In this document: positions 38,048 through 51,023 of the stretch, in pieces
How positions within the stretch are numbered: the stretch's first letter is position 1
How the letters are laid out: each line of letters begins with the position of its first letter
Assembly (NCBI GenBank): GCA_016748015.1
Contig: JAAOMT010000240.1
Span: forward strand, 62,001 to 126,000
Source of the DNA: Geosiphon pyriformis uo1
Lineage: Eukaryota; Fungi; Glomeromycota
DNA: 64,000 bases
Reading direction: 5' to 3'
Position numbers and translations under genes: made by a program
Notes under the pieces: generated by a model
What the model was told of the DNA's origin: nothing
Database searches by the model: none
The model's input: only the letters and a program-made list of their open reading frames with translations

Positions 38048-40160
38048 TTATTTAACATATCTTGCAATAGCTTGAACAAATGATTCTTTGGTTTTTCTAT
38101 CATCCGAGAAGAAATAATAAGGTTCTGTCGATCGAAAATCCACTTTGAACGAGTTAAGTATTAGCACTTCGGACTGAGCATCTGACACAGCAGCAACATC
38201 ATTGTTGAGGTCAATTTTGGAAATGGGAAGCTTGTCAGTGGGATCACGGAAAAGGTAGAGGGTTTGACCACGTAGTTCAAAGTAACGACGTTTCCAAAAC
38301 TTTTATAGGGAAAATTAGACCAATTTTAATATTATTATGGAGAGAAAATTTTTTTAATACATCCAAAAACTTTGGAATGAAAATGCAATTGGCATTGTGT
38401 AGAAACAACTTACATAAACTCCACCACCTTGTACTGTAATATATCCATCTAACAAGACCTAAGAAATTTAACAGTCGACAAATTCAGATCAATATTTAGA
38501 GCTTTCAAAATAAAGATAGAAAAATAGAGCTCTTCCAAATACCTTTCCACTTTTCTCCAATTCAGCAAATTGAGATTTGAGCTCTTCATTACGTCTCTTT
38601 TCCGCTTCTTCACGAGCCTTCTTTTCTGCTTCAGATTTTGCTTTAGCCTCGGCTACCGCTTTTTCCTTTTTTTGATTAAGAAGAGTATCTTGTTTCCTAC
38701 GCTCAGCGTCTTCCAGCGCACGTCTTCTAGCCACTTCCTGAGCAATTTTCTCTGCATCTCTCCTTTGAGCCGCCTCACGTTCCATTCTTTCGCGTGTCTG
38801 CCTTTCAGAATCTTCACCAGTTCCCTTGTAGGTCTCTTGTGATGCAATTTCAGCACTATAATCTGGTTCTTTCTCATTTTCAATAGGGGATTTAGGAGTA
38901 GGTGGTGTGCCAGGAGGTCCTTGTTGTTTTGGGCTGGAAGGTAATGTTCCCTGACGAAGATTTTGATTTCTAGGAGATGGCGAGCTTGGTCTGTCATCAT
39001 TGGCACCAAGCTTTAATCTATTCCGTACATTGGCCTCCGAAAGATCTCCCGGAGTAGAAGCGCTAATCTGGATTTGATGTGCCTGCTTGACAAAATAATA
39101 TGTTGTAGAATTGATTTTGAATTTAAAGGATCATAGAAGCAATTTAAAGGAAGAAAATCTTGAAAACTAAAAGTTTCCCTTACCTTAAATTGTGCCCCAA
39201 CTGCTCGACCATGCACTAAAGCACGAGCTTTTTATTACAAGATCCAAGAATAAATTTGTTATTAGAATCAAAATATTTCAGATAAAATTGGCAATTAAAT
39301 CAATTATGGGTTACCTCTTCTCACACCACTTAAGGATTATTATTATTGGAATGTATTAATAGTAATTTATAGTGATTAGAAAATATAAATTGATTGATGG
39401 GTTCTTCACACTCCCTCAAAATTTCGAGTTTTTTCTGAACAAAAGAATCCTAAAAAAACTAACCTGACTTGTTCGCTTACATAGGTTAACAAAACGAATC
39501 TGTTCTCAATCCTTAAAAAGCCATATAATACTTCCTCTTTCAAGTTTTGACGAAGTTCATCAAGACCACCAGTACCTTTTGAGTAAAGGGAGATTTTGTC
39601 GCGCGTATCGTGATATCCGAGAATGAGCCTGATTTTTGTGGACAAAATATAACATTTTATTTTATTCATATGTGTGTAGATATAGAGATATATATATATA
39701 TATATAGAGGTAACAAAGCTAATCCGAGAAAATTTTGTCCGAATTGTATTGTGGAAATCAATTAATGTTGATCCAAGTTATAATTCGAATCCAAATATAA
39801 GGTCACGCAATTTTTTCGACACCCAAGTTCATTATTATCAATCGATTAATTAATTAATTAATTCATTCATTCATTAATTCATTAATTCATTAATTCATTC
39901 CTTCATTAATGGATTAATGGAGGGGAATTAAGTTTAATTGTATTTTAGACTACATGCGCGATAAGGTCATGTCGCCCAAGTTTGACTATCCAAAAATTTA
40001 ACGCAATCCAACAAGGAAAAATGACCCTGACATTAGCTAGTAGCTTTCAAAAACGCCCTTTCAAAAATTCCAATAAGAAAACCCACCAGTTGGTGGCCTG
40101 ACCACTGACAATCTCTTCATATGCTTGTGAAATAGCCGGGTCAGATAAATCGCAGGACAT
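38048..40160 (-). CDS. ADF-H (Abp1/drebrin/coactosin-like) + coiled-coil + C-terminal PH domain protein
   Basis: MSCDLSDPAISQAYEEIV..TNW|LILGY..GTGGLDELR..VLYGF..FVLLTYVSEQV|SGVRR|ARALVH; EK-rich coil; LLDGYITVQ..FWKRRYFEL..LYLF PH motif. Confidence 0.8.
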
Positions 40161-42560
40161 GGTTGGGTATGTTTAAAGTTGTAATAAACAAAAAGCAATA
40201 AATAGTGATACTTTCGAAAAGAAAGTAAAAATGGTTGAAAAAGGGGCAAATTGAAATATTTTTCGTTCTATCCCAACAAAGATTATAAAAGAATGAAAAG
40301 GGTGCCCGAGAAACTTCAAAGGTGAGAGATGAGAAAGTAGGTAGGAACAAAAGAATAGCGATGTTGGGGGTGACTGTTATATGATAAAAATATGTTGTTC
40401 GAAAGTCGACATAATAAAAATTTGATTAAACGCACCAGTCGTAGTGCTTGTTTTTGTTGGTGCAGATTAATAGAATTATTAGACAAGGCACACAACTACT
40501 CTTTACCTGTTACGGCGAAACCTCTGTGTAAATTATGTATTTAGTGGTGGTGTAAAATTGAACCAATGTAGAAAAAGCAATTTTTTGAACTTCAGTTTCC
40601 CTTAGATGAGAAATGCATCAATATGAATATAGGCAGGAAAACTGCAAAGTCACATTTCGGATTGCATTGAGAACCATTTTACGTTTTGTGTGGGCAAAAA
40701 ATTCGGAAATAAAAAAAGTAATTAATAAAAGTGAAAGTTTTGAATTTTTTTTCATTTGGGAAAAAACCGAATTAGCTGCATGAATTCAACAAAATTTTAT
40801 TGAATAATTAAAAGGATTTCAGCAGTCGAAAGATGTAATGTACACTACTTGAAAAAAAAAACCGGGAAAATTAATCCAAAAACTATGATACTCCTCCTTT
40901 CATCTTTTCTCCCAAACCAAACGGTCACACATCAATAAAGTTTTTAACGATCCACAACTCTTTTTTTAATTTTTTGATATCCCTAAATGATCTGTTCTTT
41001 TTTTTTTTTTAATAATAGTAATAGGAGTTTAAAAGATTTCATATCAACTTTGTTTTTAATGAGTTTTTTGAAAGAAAATAATCTAAACAAGTTTTTAGGA
41101 GTAGAAAATGTTGGAATAATAAAAAATTATGTTTTTAAAAAATATTTGAACAAATTTTTTTAAATTAATATTAATTTGATTATTTTATATTAGAAAGATA
41201 TATATTTTAATTAATAATAAATTATAAAATTTATATTTATTATATTTAAATTTCTTTTTTTTTATTTGTAATTAATTATTTAAATAAAATAAAATAAAAT
41301 AAAATAAATATGGTTAAAATTTAAAAAAAAATCATATATTTTTTATATTATTATTATTATTATTATTTTAAAAATATTGTAATAAACAAATATACAGTAT
41401 AAAACAAATTATTTAATAAGTATATAATATATATTTTAATTATATATATATATATACAGTATATATCATATGTATTTCATTAAAATAAAATTCAAGATCA
41501 GATTGAAGTTTAAAATTTTAAAGACTATAAATTATTTTTCTAAAAATAAAAAAAATAAAAAAATTCGCTGCCCATTAAAAAAATTGGGTTTAATACGTCG
41601 TAAATTTATAATAAATTATTTTTCGGGATGAATGAATTTTTTTTTTGCACAATTTCAATTATTGTAATCACAAGAAAGAGTGTAACGTGAATCAGGTGAA
41701 AAGTCGAATGAAAATTGTGTTACTGTTACTTTAAAGTATAGTTCAAAAGTACAATAATGTCTTGTATAATAAAATCTTAAAAAGCTCAGTTTTATTGATT
41801 TTACTTTTTTTTAAAAAAAATTATATATTTTTTAGCATAAATTAACATAATCCGTTCTAATCCTTTAAACAAAAGTATTTTGAAATTAATTAATTAATAA
41901 AACATTTTTATTATTATTATTTAATACTTGAAAAATTATTTTTAAAGTCAAATTTTAGAAAAATAAAACAACAAATTAAAAAAAATATATTTTTTTTTAT
42001 TTAAACATGAAAATTTTTGAACAAATATCTTAAATTATTAAAATATTAAAATAAAATATTTCACATATTAAAAATCAATTAAATTTATTGATACATTTAT
42101 TGTACTAATTTAGAATTTGAAATATTTTTTTATTTTAAATTTTCTTATGTGTTTAAAAAAAATATCTACTGATATAAAATATTTCATTTAAAGCTTTCTA
42201 AATTGGGAAAATTATATATTCATAATTTTCTATCATGGGTAAAGGTCAAATGATCGTGTTGATCAAATTTCAATTGATGTATTCCCCCATTCATCATATG
42301 ACAAAAATGGAAATCACAATATAATCAAAGATCTTTTATGGTTACATTACCGTTTCATTCATTAATTCATTAAATTCATTCAAAACATCAAAATTAATTA
42401 TTCGTAACCGTTTTTTTTTTGTTTTTTTTTTTAATTCTATTATACGTACGAGAAATTTTTGGTTTCTTTTTTAATTTTTATACAGCAAAAACATCAATTG
42501 AATAAAGATAAAAAATAACTTTAACATTTCCTATGAAAAAATGGTTTTCTTTAAAATTTA

Positions 42561-42596
<36 letters not shown>

Positions 42597-42894
42597 TTTA
42601 TTTTTATTATTAAATTTCTTGTTTCAAAATAAATAATTGTTAATAATAATATGAAAATTTTATTTTTTCATATTTTGATTTCAATTATTGCTTTTTATTT
42701 TCGTTTACACTGTTTCAATTCTATAAAAATTACTACTGAATCAATTAAAATAATACTTTACAAAAAAGTCAATATTGGATAAGATCCATATATCTCAATA
42801 AAATAAATTAAACCCCCTATTAAATCGTGTAACTTCTCTTCTATATAAATACAAACCATGAGTTTTATACCCAAGGAATCAGATAAAAAAATAA

Positions 42895-43090
42895 TGGAAC
42901 ACCGTAAACTAGAACTCGAAAAGAAACGTCAAAAACTTGCTGAACTTCGTCGGGCTCGAGAGGAGCGTAAGTATGCGACCCACACCACTGAAACAAAAGA
43001 ATAAACCGGTATCTTTAGTTAAAAGTCTCTCCCGGCATAAAATTGCCTTTAGGAATTACTACTCCAGCAAGAGTCCTCCTTCCGCTAGCC

Positions 43091-43139
<49 letters not shown>

Positions 43140-45944
43140 TCAACAATAATAATAACAACGGCACCAGCACCAGCAGCAATAATAACAACACCAATGTACC
43201 CAATTTAGGAAAGCCACCCACTGGAGGGAGAACCAACATTGACGACTTCATAGATCAAATATTCGACAAAAGTCGCTCGGGTCCACCTACCAACACCTCG
43301 CCTGGTGACTCAGATACTGGCTCAGATAAATATGTTGCAAGTGTCCCGAGCCACTTGAGGGGCATTTCCGTTCCTGCGCTTTCACCTGCTACCTCTGTTC
43401 CTCCAAGGTAGCTCAAAGGCAATAAAGTGACCTTGGTTGATTTTAATAATCTTTTTCGTTTCACATATATATTTCTTTTTTAAAAGCCCTTCAGTCGGCC
43501 CCGGGAATCGATTCATACTTGAATTCAAATATTTTGAGGCAGTTATACTTGACATCGCTCCAAAGGTTTAAAAAAGATCCTAATTCATTTTCATCTCTTT
43601 CTAAATTAATTATATTTGTCTTTTTGATTAATTTTCATTTTGTTATTTTAAAAGGGAAAAGTCTTTTATGGGAAACCAGTTCAAACAACTGAAACTTCAT
43701 TTGGACCTCAGCCACCTACCGAAGAAGAAATTTACGAGAAAGTCAAAAAAGAGTTCCAAGAACAGGAAACTGCTAGGTTAGCCGAAGAAGAGGCACAGCG
43801 ATTGAGAGACCTTGAGGCCAAAAAAAAAGAGGAATTGGCTAAAGGTTAGTGTGATTAACCTTGAAATAATTTCCTATTTTGCCAATTTCTGTTTTTAATT
43901 TCATATATACATACATACATACATACATACATTGATAATGTCTTTTTTTCCTTAAAATAGATTTAAATGACAAAGAAAGGGAAAAAATTATACACTCGTC
44001 CGAATTTGTCGAATTTATTGATTATTCCACAAAAATTGTCGAGCGAGCATTAAATGAAGATTATGACATCTTGACCGATTATACAGTTAGCCCCGATGTT
44101 GACGGGTAAGTAGATAATTAAAAATCTGTTTTTTGGGTGTAGTGAAGCGTTTAACGATGTCTCTTTTTTTAAATATAGTGGCGATGAAGAAATTCATACT
44201 CGAGTAAAAACAGTATGCACTTTTTATGATGAAAAATGGTCCCAAAAGCGGTCAGTCACTGATGTAAATTGGTCACATAAGGTAAAATGATTACTTCGAT
44301 TCTGTAAATTATAACGTGATTCATGGGCTAACTCATTTTTACCTGCAGTACCCTGAACTTTGTGTGGCATCTTACAACAAAAATCCTATGGCAATGAATG
44401 AACCAGATGGGGTAGTTTTGGTATGGAATTCCCATCTATTAGAACGTCCAGAGTTTGTTTTTCATTCTCAGGTAATTTTATCCTTTTTATTATAGTACAA
44501 ATTTTTTACTTTTATTTTCAATCAACTCGAAAGGTCCTCCCTATCCTTTTTTGATATTAGTCCGATGTCCTTACCACCACATTCTCTCACTTTCATCAAA
44601 ACCTCATAATCGGAGGCACCTATTCTGGTCAAATCGTGCTTTGGGATACGAGAGCAAAATCTTTGCCAGTCTCGAAAACTCCGCTCTCCGCTGCTGGTCA
44701 TACCCATCCAGTTTACTCTATGCAAATGGTTGGAACCAAAAACGCCCACAATCTTATTAGTGCCAGTACCGATGGATTGGTTTGTTCGTGGCAATTAGAC
44801 ATGTTGGGTCATCCTCAGGTTTATATTCATCAAGAATCTTGATTTTTTCCGAATCTCTAATATGGGCTTGTATCCACGATTTTAAATCTATTTTTCGGTA
44901 TCAGGAAACTTTGGAGCTTGTCCATCCAGCTCATAGCAAGACGGATGAGGTTTCTGTCACTGCGCTCGGGTTTCCAGATAATGAGACAACAGCTTTTTGG
45001 GTCGGTACGGAAGAGGGGAACGTCTATCAAGCCAATCGTTTTGATAGAGCTGGAAGGTAAATGTTTAATAATCAAGTTGTACATATTCTTTATCATTTTA
45101 TTTAACTTTGAATACTTTTTTTAAAACGCTCTACGCTCAATAGCAAAGCGGGAATAAATCAATATGACTACTACAAAGGTCATTGGGGTCCAGTGACTGG
45201 ACTGCAATTCCATCCTTTAGTTGGTCAAGTTGACTTTTCCGATCTGTTTTTAACTTCTTCAGTCGATTGGACTGTCAAATTATGGAGAGCTAAGGTATGA
45301 AGAAGCCATTAATTCTCTGAAATATTCTTATAAACTAGTTTCTTGCTTTTATTATACCTTTAAACCAATTTTTAGTCGATATCCACGCCGGCCACTGCCA
45401 CCCAAAACATCACTCCTCTCTATTCTTTTGAAGGCTCGGATGATTATGTGTATGATGTTAAATGGTCTCCCAACCATCCTGCCTTATTTGGATCGGTTGA
45501 CGGTACCGGCAGATTTTCCATTTGGAATTTGAATGCAGATACCGAAGTAAATATTATATTTTAACTATTTTGTTAAAGCAGAAAAGAGTATAAGATTCAG
45601 TGATTCTAACCAAACTTCAAAACATCCATCTCAGGTCCCTGTCGTCAATACCCAAGTAGACACTGGTAGGGCACTCAACAAAATAAATTGGGATAAGGAT
45701 GGTCGAAGGGTTGCGATTGGCGCATCAGATGGTCGTGTCCACGTTTATGATATTGGGGAGGCAAGTTTTTATATTTTTAATACGTGTGTTCAACAAACCC
45801 CGCTCGTTATTTACATCCCTTCCAAATGCCAATTTCTAGATGAGTCATCCAAGACCCGATGAGGCAAATATCTTGCAAAAAACCATATCCGAAATGATTG
45901 CTAACACTGAAAGTGAAGGTGGCCGGTATGCTGTAAAGGCTTAA
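42895..45944 (+). CDS. Cytoplasmic dynein intermediate chain (WD40; Pac11/DYNC1I family)
   Basis: [25 protein letters not shown]; FYGKPVQT light-chain motif; IVERAL; WS..YPELC.ASY; [12 protein letters not shown]; GHTHPVY; [11 protein letters not shown]; [13 protein letters not shown]. Confidence 0.92.
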
Positions 45945-46479
45945 ACAAAAGATAAATCCCAGTGTAGAGAGATTACAACGTCAAAAACGCTTAATACGAA
46001 TATAATGTCGTAATTTTGTAATTAAATTTTTATGTGTATATTTAGGTATCTATTTTCAAGACGCGGTTATTTCTCGCGTTTTTGAAATTCTGTTTTTTTA
46101 ATAGCTTGAATTCTCCCAATTTCAGTCATAAAATTTTCTCTACGAGAAACTGTCTAGCAATAAAAATTGATACAGTATATAATTAACGCCTTTTTGTACC
46201 AAAGATCAATTTCTAAACTTTAAATGCAGAATTGTTAGAAAGCTCTGATACTCCGTTTTCATAATTGAAAGGGGAGTTTGCTCAAAATTTAATCCTCCAA
46301 AAAAATAAATAACTTGAAATATTTGTGGCTTTTTTTTCTGCAGACATCATTTTAATATTTGTCTCATACAGACTTGGATAAAACCGAGTCCACAATGTTG
46401 AAACGTTTCGACATCACATCTATAGCCTAATTAAAAGGGATGTCAAGAGTCCCCCGTTTATTAGGGCGGTAGATAATTT

Positions 46480-48164
46480 TCAGAATGACAAATCCTGAAT
46501 ATATTGTTTATTCCCAATATGACACCGCACCGAATTAATGATAAATATCTCCTGACGTATTTCATCCTCAAAATTGGCCCCAATAATGGTATCACGCAAC
46601 CTTCTGTCGATGTTGTCTTTTATTGCCCAGAGAATGCTGGCGTGAAAGCGAGGGTTCTAATTAATAAAGGACAGAAAAAATCTGGATGATTAAATTAATA
46701 ATTATTGTTATTTAAAAGATTTTACCCTACTCGCCTCATAGAATCGAGGTTGGCTAAAATCAGAGACGATACTATCAATGTTGAGCAGTAATTCTTTCAA
46801 CTATTGATATTCGATAAATAATAGATAAGTTACGTTAGATAACGTAAGGAAGAGTGTAGCGCTACTCAAATAATAGTATTCCCATCTCAATTCTTAAACG
46901 ACTCTAGTCAAAAAATGGGCGCGTCCAATAGGATTAGAGATTTTCATAATTTCAGCCACCTACCACCCCGATAATTTATTAAACAAAGGCCCCTAGATTT
47001 TAAAATGAAGGAGTCAGAATGGGGACGCGAGGACTTGAGTTAAGCCCAGGAATTTCTTACCTTAAACTGTGTTGCATTTTCCATTGCCCAATAAGACAAT
47101 TTTCCACCATAAGAAACGCTGTCATGCTTATGTGGGACACCTTACCTCATTATAACCTTTTCCCACCTCGAAAGCCAGAAAAGAGCGGGTAGCTTCGTCG
47201 TTCATGAAACATTCGATTTTAGCAAATGATAAGGAGAACCTTTGGATATATTATTTTGCACTAATATTATCGAAATTTCCGGGACTCGGAAGAGTAGTGA
47301 ATCAAACTCACCTTTTCTTTTCATAAACAGCTTGCCGTATTTTTTCCCAGAAAATTTGGATCTGGTGATATTTCAAAAATATTGAGCGAGATAAACTGAT
47401 GTGTAATTTTGCATCATCGGTTTTATTTAAAGAAGATGTCCCGAATTCTTGGGTCGCCACTGGGAATAGATCTTGGGTTTGAATAAATGGGGTTTTTATG
47501 ATATCTCCCGAGTTGTTTGCTATATCAATCTCTTTTTCATCTACATCACCGTTGTTTCTAACACAGGAAAATAATTTGAAATCGTGGTCATATTGGGATA
47601 TAACTGTCTCGGCATATTGCTTGATCTTATATATTAACTCCTGAAAATCCGGATCTATATCAACTTTTCGAGTATTTAGTTTATGTTTTTGCTTTCTTTA
47701 TTGTTACGTGCGCAATCAAACAGAATAAAAACAAATCATGAGAAAATACCTTCAACAAATACATGGGTTGGCCAATTTCCCTCGACATGAGGGCTAGATC
47801 GTATTCGGCCGTTATGCTTGCTTGGATCGTCGATGGATTTTGTGGTGCTGAAAACTTTATCTAAAAACGGACCAAGAGTGGTGAATGGGGTTTACAGAAG
47901 TTTTGAGTCAGAGCTCTAAATTTTTGGTATACTTGTGTATAACTCCAAAAAGGATGATGGAAGTGGGGGAAGCTCTTGTTTGAATTTCCGTTTCCTTTAC
48001 AAATTACATTGAAAATTATACTAGATTAAAATAAATTTTTCACGACGTATGTCTCACCTCATTTCTTCCTCTTCCTCTTCTGTCCTCGCACGTTTCCCTC
48101 GAGTCTCTTTTTCATTCTCAGATTCGCCTTCTGAAGAAGACGTATAGTCAACCAACGCGTTCAT
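46480..48164 (-). CDS. USB1: U6 snRNA phosphodiesterase Usb1/Mpn1 (2H family; 7 exons), missed by the ORF track
   Basis: [10 protein letters not shown]; LPPLPSSF; [27 protein letters not shown]; LHISLSR; [11 protein letters not shown]; FYE|[10 protein letters not shown]; VRCHIGNK. Both HxS motifs present. Confidence 0.92.
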
Positions 48165-48311
48165 TAGTGGTACGCAAAAGAGGTTACTCTAGAAGATTAT
48201 CTATTTAAATTTTGCTCAATAAAAAATAGGTTTATATTACGTTACACTATAATTGGAAACCTGATATCTGTCCAAACAGCAAATCCTAATTCACGCATTC
48301 TGTCAAGAAAT

Positions 48312-50120
48312 ATGTCAAGCTCAATTTCCAAAAATTTCGGTGCGAGCGATCAGTTCTCTCACACGATAAAGGATCCGCTCAATGCGAGGTCTTTGCCAGT
48401 TCAACCAGCTTCGCATATGACGATTGATCCAGCGGTGGAATTCTTCTGTAAGTGGTCTTTCTTAAGAGTTATTTATATTTCTTTTCACTCGCTTTTCTCA
48501 CAAGTTCATCTAGATAAGTCGCATACCTTGACTGTTTTAACCGCTATGTTATCTGTTCTCGTCTATGTTGCTATATCTCCTGAACATGATGACACCACGA
48601 CCAACATCAGATTGTAAGTTACGATATTACTTCATAATCTATTTTATCTTTTTAAGCATTTAGTTGTTGTTTTTTTCATTTTGTAGTGGAGCGGGAGCAA
48701 CAATCTTCTTTTTTCTTCTTTTTGCAATGTTGCAATTTCGAGACGGTCCTTTCATTCGTCCACATCCGGCAATATGGCGAATCGTCATGGGATTCGGAGT
48801 TTTATACCAGTTGTTTCTCGTTTTCCTGGTGTTTCAGGTATATTCAAGAATTTTTAAATTCAATCAGAAATATTGATAGAGATTAATACTTCAAAAATTA
48901 ACCTTTGGCTAATTAGAACAAACGTGATGCCAGATACATCTTCGCTTGTATTGATTCGAAACTAGGATTCCCTTTGCCTGAACGCTCCTATGCCGAAAAT
49001 TGCGATTTGACATGGGAAAATATGAAAGTAAGCCAAATTCTCAAATGCTACCAATAAAGTTTGATGATAATTCAGAAGCGATATCCTTTGAATTGATTCA
49101 TATGCATTTGTAAGAACCAAATGGACATTTTTGTTATATATCATATGATTGGATGGTATGCGAAAGCAGTTGTACTACGAGATTACTGGTTTTGTTGGAT
49201 TCTTTCGATTATGTTCGAAGTAATGGAGTATTCGCTACAGCATCAACTACCCAATTTTGCCGAATGTTGGTGGGATCATGTAAGCGTTCTATTTTATTGT
49301 TTCATCTAACTTCACGAAAATTAATGATATAATAAAGCTTGTTTTTTTTTTTGATCTTAGTGGATTTTAGATGTGCTGATATGTAATTGGGGCGGTCTGT
49401 ATCTTGGCATGAAAACATGTGAATACTTTGAAATGAAGGGGTATTCCTGGCGAGGTGTTAAAGAAATCCCTTCACTGAAGGGGAAAGTGAAAAGAACCGT
49501 TCAACAATTTACACCGCAGAGCTGGACTAAATTCGAATGGGGGGCCACACAAAGTTTCAAAAACTTTATGGCCGTTCTGGGACTTTTATTCCTCGTATCC
49601 TTGACATTATTACCGAGTGTTGTATTTGTTTCGACATCTTTTTTGCTGTTACATTCATTAACTCTCGACTCGTATATCTAAAAGTTCTTGCAAGCTGAGC
49701 TTAATTCTTTCTATCTTAAATACCTTTTATGGATTCCACCAGAACATCCGCTTAACGCAATAAGAGCCGCTCTTCTGTTTTTCTGCTCAATGCCGGGCGT
49801 GCGAGAGGCGTATCAATATTTAACTGACAAGTAACCAATTAATAGTCATATCCAAATGTGATTATGGTAAATTTGTTTCTGATTATAATCTTATCTAAAT
49901 CATATTTTTTAGAAATTGTAAACGATTCGGACCTCAAGCTTGGCTTGCAATCGCCAACATTATGACAGAGTCAGTGATAATCTTCAAGTTCAGTCGAGGA
50001 GAGTTTCCGGATCCTGCACCAACTCACGTTATTGTATTTTGGAGTCTTTTGATGACTGCGCTTGTCGGCTACGCGATTGTGCAGTTTGCTTCGCCGAATA
50101 GGCAGAAAAAGTCTAATTGA
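48312..50120 (+). CDS. Base-exchange phosphatidylserine synthase (PTDSS1/2 type)
   Basis: [12 protein letters not shown]; [10 protein letters not shown]; GWYAKA..LRD; [31 protein letters not shown]; QFTP.SW; [12 protein letters not shown]. Confidence 0.92.
49595..49684 (+). other. U12-type GT-AG intron in the PSS gene
   Basis: 5' GTATCCTT, branch-like TTCATTAAC; phase-0 join GLLFL|FLQAELN. Confidence 0.75.
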
Positions 50121-51023
50121 AAGGAAAATGTTTTAGAATTGGTCTTGAAAATTTGGAAATCTCATTGGAATTGTTTTTATTAACTCTAAAATTTCAACGG
50201 TATCTTATGGATCAAACGGTTGAGGTCCTTTGTATAGGACTAGGTACGATTTCGGGTTTGTGCAGGATTGGAGGAGTAAAGCTATGCTAAACTTCTGTTG
50301 ATCTGCATCAAGCAACACTAAATCAAGGCTTTAAGGCACTCGAAAACATGGTAAAATTTTCAAACCTTGATTGTGTCAAGTCATTACCTACAAGGAGTGA
50401 TTATAAATTAGAAACACTGATTTATCTCAATTTTTTATAGATAATTTGTCATTGCAGCTTGTTACTTCAAAATATACAGTATTTGAGCTGAAAATTAAAA
50501 AAAAAAACAGATTTCGGAATTTCCTCAAACAAACAAATAATGTTCAATAAAAAATTTAAAATCAGAATAAAAAAAATTTTTAATTTGGTAATTGAATATT
50601 TCAGTTTTTGGCATAAGTTATATTTTCGATTATTATTATTATTATTATTATTATTACTTGGCAAATTATCAACTATAAATTTGATTGAAATTGATTTGAC
50701 AACAAAATATATTGAAATATAATTAAATTTTTATTATAAGTTGGCAAAATAAATTCGCGTACGAAAATAAGACATAAATTATTAACTTCGTCACAATAGC
50801 TCCATTCGTCATTTCACCCCCTTTTACCTTACATAATATTGGTTATCAAAAAAATAGGTAAATACCAAAAAATGTGTGTATATCCAATGGATTAATATAA
50901 CAGTTAAATTTACATTATTTTCGTTATTATTGAATATTTCCGAAATTACTGATTCAATATAAATAGAATATTCCCGATACTAAAAAAGACTAATTAGCCG
51001 GCACATAATTCTAATTCTAAGTA

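Noticed and set aside
43009-43018. GTATCTTT as a U12 donor in dynein IC
   Set aside because: Lies after an in-frame TAA; the upstream GTAAGT donor at 42967 explains the frame.
48155-48160. ACGCGT as an MCB for the PSS gene
   Set aside because: It falls inside the first coding exon of USB1.
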